Assembly: GCA_965204745.1 (NCBI GenBank)
Contig: OZ242010.1
Coordinates: forward strand, 4,896,001 to 4,960,000
From: Candidatus Latescibacterota bacterium
GTDB taxonomy: Bacteria > Latescibacterota > UBA2968
Reading direction: 5' to 3'
DNA: 64,000 nucleotides
Below the pieces are notes generated by a model that was given only the letters and a program-made list of their open reading frames with translations, was not told the origin of the DNA and did no database searches. Both the position numbers and the translations under genes were made by a program. Below, piece by piece: positions 29,511-37,542 of this stretch. Numbering within the stretch: the first letter of the stretch is position 1; each line of letters starts with the position of its first letter.

Positions 29511-30404
29511 TCACTTGGATTCGCCGTAAGCACTTTCGTCGTAGAGACTCTTGTGTTCTCCATCGGGAGTTTCTGTGTAATCCTCGCCGCGCTCCTGAAT
29601 CAACTTTTTGAAATCCATATCCTCAAGCAGGGCGTATTTCTCAACCAACTTTTTGAATTTGGCTCCTCGGTTACTCAGGCAGTTGTAAAAGAGAAGCCCC
29701 AATTCATCGCTCGACAATTGAGCGCGAATGAGATTGGTGTAGGGCTTTTTGGCTTTATGGTCTTTGGGGAAGTCGCTTTCTTGGTCAACAAATTTGACGA
29801 CATTATACAAGTTCCTAAAGTAATAACCAACCTGCGACTGATAGTTGTCAAAAAGTTCCTCATATTCATCATTTATCCATTTAAGCATCAATTCTTTTGC
29901 TTCATCCGGATTCTCCTCCCATTCAGCGTAAAATCCCTTCCAGGCTCTGCGATAGTTGCGTCTAAACACGCCAAGCAGGTAATCAAAGCACTGCCGCCCT
30001 TGATAAACAGTGTGACCCAAGGAAATCTCCATTGAATTGACAATATCATTGTGCAAGCCGAGAAGTTGAAAGAAGGAACTCTCAAAATTCTGCTTCTGAA
30101 GCGTTTGGTTCTGCGCCTCGAGTTGTTCCTTTTGTCCTTTGATTTCTTCACGCGTCTTCTCTAATTCCTCCCGCTGAAGCGCGAGTTCCTTCTTCTGAAG
30201 TATTATCGCATAAATGACACCTGCAAGAGCCAGTCCAGAGAACAGCGCGTTGACAACTCCAAACGAGTCGCCAAATTGCCCTCTTTCCACAATGTTGGGA
30301 AAACATAGCGGCAACACGATAATAGCCAATATCCAAAGGACAATGACCCCTAATAACCAAGGCCACCAACGAACCTTCCCTGTATCATCAGAAGTTTTGC
30401 TCAT
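29511..30404 (-). CDS. Putative phage abortive infection protein (putAbiC-like, 2 TM plus coiled coil)
   Basis: GQFGDSFG.VNALFSGLA, FFQLL, YFRNLY, RAQLS.DEL.LLFYN, KYALL. Confidence 0.82.
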   Translation of the reverse strand: MSKTSDDTGKVRWWPWLLGVIVLWILAIIVLPLCFPNIVERGQFGDSFGVVNALFSGLALAGVIYAIILQKKELALQREELEKTREEIKGQKEQLEAQNQTLQKQNFESSFFQLLGLHNDIVNSMEISLGHTVYQGRQCFDYLLGVFRRNYRRAWKGFYAEWEENPDEAKELMLKWINDEYEELFDNYQSQVGYYFRNLYNVVKFVDQESDFPKDHKAKKPYTNLIRAQLSSDELGLLFYNCLSNRGAKFKKLVEKYALLEDMDFKKLIQERGEDYTETPDGEHKSLYDESAYGESK

Positions 30405-30405
30405 G

Positions 30406-33090
30406 TCACACTCCTTGCGTTTGATGTCGCACGTCAATCGCTCCTGTCACCGCCGCCGAGATAAGCGCGGTTCGGCGTTCTTTGAGTAGCCCAATCGCCC
30501 TCTCATATTCCTCGATGAGCGCATCGATCTGTTTCGTTTCGCGGTCGAGGTAGTCTGCGATTTCCTCTTGTTCTTCAAGCGGAGGATACACACACGGGGT
30601 CGCCCCAACCTTTTCGACAGTAAAATGGGCAATGGTAGCTTTGTTACAAATCATGTCTATGTAGCCTATATGCTTGATGAAATACAGCCAATAAAACAAA
30701 AACCGCGTGTCTGCATCCTCGCGTGCTCTGATGCGATTGATCGAGTTTTGAATATAGCAATCTTCAATCTCATCATTCCAAAGCGCGCTACGTCCAACGT
30801 CCCCGCCTTCGCAGACCAACAGATCATTCTTGCAAAGTTTCAATTTCTGCTTTTCGTAATCTGTGAACCACATGCGTTTGACATCTGAAGTGTCTATACC
30901 GCGCCAGTGGATATTGACTGTTCTCAAGTAGGGTTCTTCGGTTTCATCCGGTTCGGTTTGATTGGACTTGAGCATTTTGCCCAATGTGATCTCATACCTT
31001 CGTTTGATAAACGTGACCGTCCAATGCGCGGGGACTTTTCCGATCCATTCAATCCCGCTGTCCTTCATGGTTGCGTTTGGGTTCAGTCCTTTGGTGATGG
31101 CGTTTGAGATGACCGCTTGCCGTTTCATCTCGGCAATGCGGGTGGTCGCGCCTTTCAAATCCGCGTCAATGTCGGTCAATTCGCGGGGCGGTGCGAACGT
31201 GTAGAAATGGCGATTGAAGGGGATCTCGTAGCCCACCTTGGTCTTGCTGTGGTCGATCCACGCATCGGGAATATGCGGGCGCACTTCGCGGTCAAAATAA
31301 GCGTCAACATCTTCGCGCAACGGCACGGTTTCGTAATCGCGCAATTCCGGATCGGGGTCGGGATCGCCCTTGCGGTTGGTGCAAACGTCGGCGGTTTCAT
31401 CGCGCTCGCCCAAGGCGTGGCAGATCGCTTTTTGTTGAGCTGCGGTGAGGTTCACCCGCGCCTTTGTGAAAGCGTCTGTGAGCAGGCCCGCGAACGCGTC
31501 GCGGTTTTTGTACGTCTGCGCGTTGTCCAGCGAGGCGAGAACCGCGAGCACGCGCCGTTGCTGTTCTTTGGGCAGGCGGGCAAATCCGGTCGTGGATTTG
31601 AGAACGGCGAGGCGGTCATCGCCGATCTGGAAATTGAGCTTGAGGGGCCGCTCGATAGTGACGCGCTGGTACCCAAAGTCGATGTTGTCGAAAATTTTCA
31701 CCCGGCCTTTCACCTCTGCAAAATTGCCAAACAGGCGCGTGATCGCGGCGATCTGGTCATCCGAGATTTGCTTGCGCTTGTTGCCCAGGCTCTTGGACAT
31801 GGGCACGGAAAAGTCTGTGGCGTCGATGAGTTGGACTTTGCCCGTGCGCTGCGGCGTTTTCCGATTGGTGATGATCCAGATATAGGTCGCAATACCGGTG
31901 TTGTAAAACATATCGGGCGGTAGCGCGATGATGGCTTCGAGATAATCGCTTTCGACGATCCACCTGCGAATCTCGCTCTCCCCACTGCCTGCCGCGCCAG
32001 AGAACAGGGGCGACCCATTGAGCACGACCGCGAGGCGAGACACATTGTCGTTTTGATGAAACTTGGAAATCATGTGTTGCACAAAGAGCAAGGATCCGTC
32101 GTTGACTTTGGGAAGGCCCGCGCCAAAACGCCCTGCGGAACCGAGGTGCTGGGCTTCGGCTTTGATGGCGGATTCGATCTTTCGCCATTCCACGCCAAAG
32201 GGCGGATTGGACAGCATGTAGTCGAAGTGCATGTCCGGCAAGCCATCTTGGGTCAAGCTGTTGCCGGGATAGATGTTTTTGGCATTGTGTCCCTTGATCA
32301 TCATGTCCGATTTGCAGGTCGCATAACTCTCGTCATTGAGTTCCTGCCCATAGACGATCAGGCTCGCGCGTGGGTTGAGTTCCCTGAGATCCTCTTCGGC
32401 AATGGACAGCATCCCGCCCGTGCCGCAGGCCGGGTCGTACAAATTGCGGATGATGCCGGGTTTGGTCAGCGCGTCATTGTCTTCGAGGAACAGCAAGTTG
32501 ACCATCAAGCGGATGACCTCCCGGGGCGTGAAGTGCTCACCTGCGGTTTCATTGCTCTGCTCGGAGAACCGGCGGATGAGTTCTTCAAAAATGTAGCCCA
32601 TCTGCAAATTGGAAACCCGGTCCGGATGCAAGTCGGCTTGGGCAAACCGGCTGACGATCAGGTAGAGCAAGTTGTCGCGGTCGAGCCGGGCGATCTGTTC
32701 GGGCAACCCAAACCGGTCGATGAAGATGTCGCGTGCGTCTTGGGAAAACCCGTTGATCATGTTGTTCAGATTCGCCGCGATGTTGTCCGGGTCGTGGAGC
32801 AATTTTTCAAATGTGAACGGACTCGTGTTGTGGAACTCGTGCCCGCTGGACAAGTTGAGCGTGGTTTCGCGCATCGCGTCGTCGATGTTTTCCGACAGAC
32901 TTGCCAACTTTGCCTGCACGGCTTCTTGCGTTGGTGCCAACACGCAGTCGAGCCGCCGCAAGACCGTGAACGGCAGCACCACCTTGCCGTATTCCGATTG
33001 CTTGTAATTGCCCCGCAAGAGTTCGGCAATTGACCAAATAAAGCCGATGTGATCGCCAAAATCCGCATGGGCACGCGAATGATTTGTCAT
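30406..33090 (-). CDS. hsdM: Type I methyltransferase HsdM fused in frame to a half HsdS (single TRD)
   Basis: GEHFTPREV, YDPACGTGG, NPPFG; then from about 31125 KRQAVIS.AITKGLNP..MKDSGIEWIG.VP.HW-TRD-PPLEEQ..I...KERRTALISAAVTG. Confidence 0.92.
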   Translation of the reverse strand: MTNHSRAHADFGDHIGFIWSIAELLRGNYKQSEYGKVVLPFTVLRRLDCVLAPTQEAVQAKLASLSENIDDAMRETTLNLSSGHEFHNTSPFTFEKLLHDPDNIAANLNNMINGFSQDARDIFIDRFGLPEQIARLDRDNLLYLIVSRFAQADLHPDRVSNLQMGYIFEELIRRFSEQSNETAGEHFTPREVIRLMVNLLFLEDNDALTKPGIIRNLYDPACGTGGMLSIAEEDLRELNPRASLIVYGQELNDESYATCKSDMMIKGHNAKNIYPGNSLTQDGLPDMHFDYMLSNPPFGVEWRKIESAIKAEAQHLGSAGRFGAGLPKVNDGSLLFVQHMISKFHQNDNVSRLAVVLNGSPLFSGAAGSGESEIRRWIVESDYLEAIIALPPDMFYNTGIATYIWIITNRKTPQRTGKVQLIDATDFSVPMSKSLGNKRKQISDDQIAAITRLFGNFAEVKGRVKIFDNIDFGYQRVTIERPLKLNFQIGDDRLAVLKSTTGFARLPKEQQRRVLAVLASLDNAQTYKNRDAFAGLLTDAFTKARVNLTAAQQKAICHALGERDETADVCTNRKGDPDPDPELRDYETVPLREDVDAYFDREVRPHIPDAWIDHSKTKVGYEIPFNRHFYTFAPPRELTDIDADLKGATTRIAEMKRQAVISNAITKGLNPNATMKDSGIEWIGKVPAHWTVTFIKRRYEITLGKMLKSNQTEPDETEEPYLRTVNIHWRGIDTSDVKRMWFTDYEKQKLKLCKNDLLVCEGGDVGRSALWNDEIEDCYIQNSINRIRAREDADTRFLFYWLYFIKHIGYIDMICNKATIAHFTVEKVGATPCVYPPLEEQEEIADYLDRETKQIDALIEEYERAIGLLKERRTALISAAVTGAIDVRHQTQGV

Positions 33091-33281
33091 TGAATCACTC
33101 CAAAAAAACAAGGCGGACACAGGGGCTACGATTGTCTTTAAGGCGCGCAATACATGGCCCAACGTTGCCTTTGTGGTTGTGTGGGCGGATTCGCGCTGTG
33201 CAATGTTCGCAGGTTGACGACAGACGGCTCTCATCCGTATCCGCCCTTTTATGAAGACAAAAAAATATCATTAAACCCATC

Positions 33282-33378
33282 CATTGTCAACTTATCCGTT
33301 GACAACAAATCCGTTGAGTATTATATTTTTCAAAATCATTGTCAACCTATCTGTTGACAACAAATCCGTTGCGTATTA
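33282..33378. promoter_or_regulatory. Duplicated 42-bp operator/promoter unit containing the palindrome TTGTCAAC-N6-GTTGACAA
   Basis: Copies at 33282-33323 and 33337-33378 (3 mismatches); TTGACA-17-TATATT on + (33299-33327) and TTGACA-17-TATTTT on - (33290-33262). Confidence 0.75.
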
Positions 33379-33390
33379 AATGTTGATGAA

Positions 33391-34641
33391 ATGGACAAAC
33401 AAGGAGGTGCTTCTATGCAAGTATCGACTGGACGCTGGGTGGATGGCGCCAACTTTTTCGACCGCGAATCCGAGTTGCAAATACTGGAATCGCGAGTCAG
33501 CGAGGGCAACCACGTACTGCTGACCGGGCAACGGCGCATGGGCAAGACCAGTATTACCCATGAACTCGGCCGCCGGCTGGAAGCCAAAGGATGGATATTC
33601 CTCTTTACAGATGTCGAAGGCGCGACCTGCCCGGAGGATGTAATCACCGACATTGCAAAAGCGGCGCATCCGGTTCGCCCGCTCAAAGCGCGTCTCGTCC
33701 ACACCTTGGGACGCTGGTTTAAGAATAATGTCGAGGAGGTCAACGCCTTCGAATTGGGTGTGAAGTTCCGCGCTGGGCTGAACGCCGGAAACTGGCGGCA
33801 CTACGGAGAACAACTCATCCGCGATTGCGCTACGCACGACAAGCCGATTCTTCTCGTCATGGACGAACTGCCGATATTCCTCAAGCGAATGCTTGGCGAT
33901 ACCGATGGCGTGCGACGGGTCGACGAGTTCCTTAGCTGGTTGCGCGGCGTATTTCAGGGACTCGAAGGCGGCTCTTTGGCCCTCATCGTATCCGGCAGTA
34001 TCGGCCTCGCCCCGCTCGTGCAACGTCTCGATATACCTGACCGCATCAACTATCTCTACCCCTTTCGCTTGGGGCCGTGGCGCCGCGAAGATAGTGTCGA
34101 ATGTTTCAAACGCCTCGCCGAGAGCCATGAGTTGCGGATCGACGACGGTGTGGCAAACGCCGTGTACGAAAAACTCGGCATCGGTATTCCGCACCATGTG
34201 CAGTTCTTCTTCGCGTGCCTGCGGGATTTTGCCATCATGCAACATCGGGATCGGGTGACAGTGGAGGATGTGGACGAGGTCTATCGCGCCCAACTGCTCG
34301 GGCCTGCGGGGCAGAACGTCCTCGTCCACTACGAGACGCGCCTCAAGGATGGGCTGGACGACGGGAGTCACACCATCGCCATGGAGATTCTCGCCGAGGC
34401 CGCCACTCAAGATGTGTTCACAAGCCACGCACGTCAGACGCTCGAACGGCAGTACTCCCAAACGCACGACGACGCACGAGACCGCATCGTCGAGGCACTC
34501 GACATCTTGGTACACGATGGCTATCTCGAAGCTGGAGACGACGGGTATCGCTTCCCGTCTCGACTGCTGAAAGACTGGTGGGCCGCGCGTTTCCGAGATC
34601 ACTATACACCTCTCGAAACTCGCCTTTCTGACGAGCGTTGA
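33391..34641 (+). CDS. P-loop ATPase (STAND/archaeal-ATPase-like) with C-terminal winged helix
   Basis: FFDRESE, GQRRMGKTS Walker A, LLVMDE Walker B, SGSIGL, GIPHHVQ, L..DGYL; true start may be ATG 33415 (GGAGG RBS). Confidence 0.85.
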   Translation: MDKQGGASMQVSTGRWVDGANFFDRESELQILESRVSEGNHVLLTGQRRMGKTSITHELGRRLEAKGWIFLFTDVEGATCPEDVITDIAKAAHPVRPLKARLVHTLGRWFKNNVEEVNAFELGVKFRAGLNAGNWRHYGEQLIRDCATHDKPILLVMDELPIFLKRMLGDTDGVRRVDEFLSWLRGVFQGLEGGSLALIVSGSIGLAPLVQRLDIPDRINYLYPFRLGPWRREDSVECFKRLAESHELRIDDGVANAVYEKLGIGIPHHVQFFFACLRDFAIMQHRDRVTVEDVDEVYRAQLLGPAGQNVLVHYETRLKDGLDDGSHTIAMEILAEAATQDVFTSHARQTLERQYSQTHDDARDRIVEALDILVHDGYLEAGDDGYRFPSRLLKDWWAARFRDHYTPLETRLSDER

Positions 34642-34659
34642 GAATTGAGGAGATACCCA

Positions 34660-37509
34660 ATGAACAAACCGCTTGAGCAGACGATCCGCAAGTTCAATCC
34701 GGGGACGTTTCAGACCGATGAAGAAGTCATAAGACAGTTCGTCGTCAGGAAACGCGAGTTCGGCATCGCGATGGAGGTTCTCCGAGAAAACGTCGGTGCG
34801 CCATCGTGCCAACATGTCTTGCTCGTCGGGCCTCGCGGGCGGGGGAAGACCATGTTGTTGGCGCGTGTTGTTGCCGAGATCCGCACCGATGACGTGCTCG
34901 CTCGCCGGCTGTTGCCCGTGCGGTTCATGGAAGAAAGCCATGAGGTATTTGATGCGGGCGACTTCTGGCTTGAGACACTCTTCTATCTCGCCGGGGAGAT
35001 CGCCGATAGCCATCCCGATATTGCCCGGGACTTGCAAACTACGCACGCCGACTTAGCTAGCCAATGGCGCGGCAGGGAACTCGAAGAACGCGCCCTCGTC
35101 TCTGTGTTGGAAACAGCGGATCGGTTGGAAAAACAACTCGTGCTCATGGTCGAGAATTTGCAAGACCTGTGCTCTGCTGTGGACGACCATTTCGGCTGGA
35201 AGCTCCGCAGGGTATTGCAGACGGAACCCCAGATCATGTTGCTCGCTACGGCCACCAGTCGTTTTGAGGGGCTAGACGATGTGGAACAGCCGTTCTTCGA
35301 GTTGTTCCGAATAATCGGTTTGGAACGGTTGGATACCGAGGAGTGCCAATGCCTGTGGCAAATGGTCAGCGGCGACGCGGTGAGCACGCGCACGATTAGG
35401 CCGTTGCAGATCCTGACCGGCGGCAATCCCCGCCTCTTGGTCATTGTCGCCGAGTTCGCCCGGCACCGTTCCTTGCGCCAGTTGATGGAAGAGTTGGTCG
35501 TGCTGATCGACGATCACACCGAGTATTTTCGCGCCCATCTGCAAGGTTTCGCAAAGACTGAGCGCCGCGTCTATCTCGCTGTGATCGACCTTTGGCGACC
35601 GTCGAGTACCAGCGAAATTGCAAAGCGTGCCCGCATGGAGGTCCGAATGGTATCGACCCTGCTCGGAAGGCTCGTCACCCGAGGCGTGGTCATCGTGGAA
35701 GGAAGCGGCCGGAAGCGGCAGTACTCTGCGGCAGAACGCCTCTACAGTATCTACTACAAATTGCGGCGCGAACGCGACGAGGCGGGCGTCGTGCGAAACT
35801 TGATTCACTTTATGGCCGCGTTCTACACCATCGACGAACTGGCAGAGATGTCCAGCAAGTTGATTGCAGAGGCAGCGCAGTCGCCTGCCCTCCGCGAGGG
35901 GATTGAACGGGCCATAGTTGAACTGCCGCAAATTGAGCAGATCTTCTCCGGCATGAGACGGGCAAGTAATGAGCGGGAATCCAAACAGGCCGCGCCGCTC
36001 AACGACGGGAAGGTCAAGCGACTTGTCGATGAGATCGCGATAGCATTCGGCGAGGGCAACTTCGAGAAAGTTATCGAAATCATAAACGATTTTTTTTCTT
36101 TTCAAAGTGCAGATTCGCCGCAAGTACCGGATCTGATTGTCGCTTCATTACTCACTATGAAGGCACTTGCACATTCGAAACAGGGCGAAACTGAGGCGGC
36201 GGTTGCGCTTTGGGATGAGGTGATCAAGCGTTTTGGAAATAGCACCAAGCCAAAACTGCAAGAATGGATCGCCCAGGCATTGGTCAACAAGGGAATTGCA
36301 TGCGGGCAACGCGGGGATCTCGAGGTAGCGGTTGCACTTTGGGATGAGGTGATCAAGCGTTTTGGCAAGAGCACCGAGACAGAACTGCAAGAATGGATCG
36401 CCCAGGCATTGGTCAACAAGGGAGTTGCATGCAGACAACGCGGGGATCTCGAGGCGGCGGTTGCGCTCTACGATGAGGTGATCAGACGCTTTGGAGATAG
36501 CGACGTACTGGAGCTTCAGTTGGGCGTTGCCCAGGCATTGGTCATCAAGGGAATTGCATGCGGGCGACGCGGAGATCTCGAGGCGGCGGTTGCACTTTGG
36601 GATGAGGTGGTCAAGCGTTTTAGAAATAGCACCGAGCCAGAACTGCAAGAATGGATCGCCCAGGCATTGGTCAACAAGGGACTTGCATGCGGGCGACGCG
36701 GAGATCTCGAGGCGGCGGTTGCGCTTTGGGATGAGGTGGTCAAGCGTTTTGGAAATAGCACCGAGCCAAAACTCCAGTTGGGCGTTGCCCAGGCATTGGT
36801 CATCAAGGGAATTGCATGCGGGCAACGCGGGGATCTCGAGGCGGCGGTTGCGCTTTGGGATGAGGTGGTCAAGCGTTTTGGAAATAGCACCGAGCCAGAA
36901 CTGCAAGAATGGATCGCCCAGGCATTGGTCAATAAGGGAATTGCATGCGGGCAACGTGGGAATCTCGAGGCGGCGGTTGCGCTTTGGGATGAGGTGGTCA
37001 AGCGTTTTGGAAATAGCGACATGCCGGAACTCCAGAGACTAATCGCCACCGCATTGTCTGACAAGGGTGAGGCACAAATCCAACTCGGTATCGGCGAAGA
37101 GGCTCTGCATACGAGCGACGAACTCGAACGCAGGTTCGGGGCCTTGATTGACGACGACGAAATTACTTTCAAATGGCGGGCGCGGTGGATAAGAACGAAG
37201 GCACTGCTCGGTCAAGAGAAACGCCCTGCCGCCATGGATGCGTTCCGCTCGATGTATGCCGCGTTTGTCCCGGGCAATGAAACGATGATGCGTGAGATGC
37301 TGTGGCGCGTGATCGACTTGATCGCAAGTGGAGTTTCGGATCGCGATCTCGTCGAGATTCTGTCGGAGGATGGAGAGAAAGAAGGTGCTTTGATGCCGCT
37401 CATTATCGCCTTGCGCCAGCGGATGGGCGAGGATGTTCGCGCGCCGAAAGAAATGCTCGAGGTGGCCGCGGATATCCGCGAGCGGATTGAGGAGAGAGTT
37501 AATGGATAG
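34660..37509 (+). CDS. STAND-like ATPase + wHTH + TPR repeat protein
   Basis: GPRGRGKT Walker A, LMVEN in place of Walker B, TGGNPRL, HTH (STSEIAKRARM...VSTLLGRL), 43-aa TPR-like repeats. Confidence 0.85.
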   Translation: MNKPLEQTIRKFNPGTFQTDEEVIRQFVVRKREFGIAMEVLRENVGAPSCQHVLLVGPRGRGKTMLLARVVAEIRTDDVLARRLLPVRFMEESHEVFDAGDFWLETLFYLAGEIADSHPDIARDLQTTHADLASQWRGRELEERALVSVLETADRLEKQLVLMVENLQDLCSAVDDHFGWKLRRVLQTEPQIMLLATATSRFEGLDDVEQPFFELFRIIGLERLDTEECQCLWQMVSGDAVSTRTIRPLQILTGGNPRLLVIVAEFARHRSLRQLMEELVVLIDDHTEYFRAHLQGFAKTERRVYLAVIDLWRPSSTSEIAKRARMEVRMVSTLLGRLVTRGVVIVEGSGRKRQYSAAERLYSIYYKLRRERDEAGVVRNLIHFMAAFYTIDELAEMSSKLIAEAAQSPALREGIERAIVELPQIEQIFSGMRRASNERESKQAAPLNDGKVKRLVDEIAIAFGEGNFEKVIEIINDFFSFQSADSPQVPDLIVASLLTMKALAHSKQGETEAAVALWDEVIKRFGNSTKPKLQEWIAQALVNKGIACGQRGDLEVAVALWDEVIKRFGKSTETELQEWIAQALVNKGVACRQRGDLEAAVALYDEVIRRFGDSDVLELQLGVAQALVIKGIACGRRGDLEAAVALWDEVVKRFRNSTEPELQEWIAQALVNKGLACGRRGDLEAAVALWDEVVKRFGNSTEPKLQLGVAQALVIKGIACGQRGDLEAAVALWDEVVKRFGNSTEPELQEWIAQALVNKGIACGQRGNLEAAVALWDEVVKRFGNSDMPELQRLIATALSDKGEAQIQLGIGEEALHTSDELERRFGALIDDDEITFKWRARWIRTKALLGQEKRPAAMDAFRSMYAAFVPGNETMMREMLWRVIDLIASGVSDRDLVEILSEDGEKEGALMPLIIALRQRMGEDVRAPKEMLEVAADIRERIEERVNG
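36184..37065 (+). repeat. Seven near-identical 129-bp (43-aa) TPR-encoding repeats
   Basis: G(C/T)(G/A)GCGGTTGC-type anchor recurs at 36196, 36325, 36454, 36583, 36712, 36841 and 36970. Confidence 0.93.
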
Positions 37510-37542
37510 TGCATGGCTCAATCCGCGTTCTTATGTGGCGGA

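Noticed and set aside
33376-35046. 556-aa minus-strand ORF
   Set aside because: Antisense shadow of the motif-bearing ATPase genes
36148-37172. Repetitive ORFs in alternative frames
   Set aside because: By-products of the 129-bp repeat lacking stop codons
21566-37509. Prophage or ICE interpretation of the island
   Set aside because: No integrase, tRNA att site, structural or conjugation genes seen
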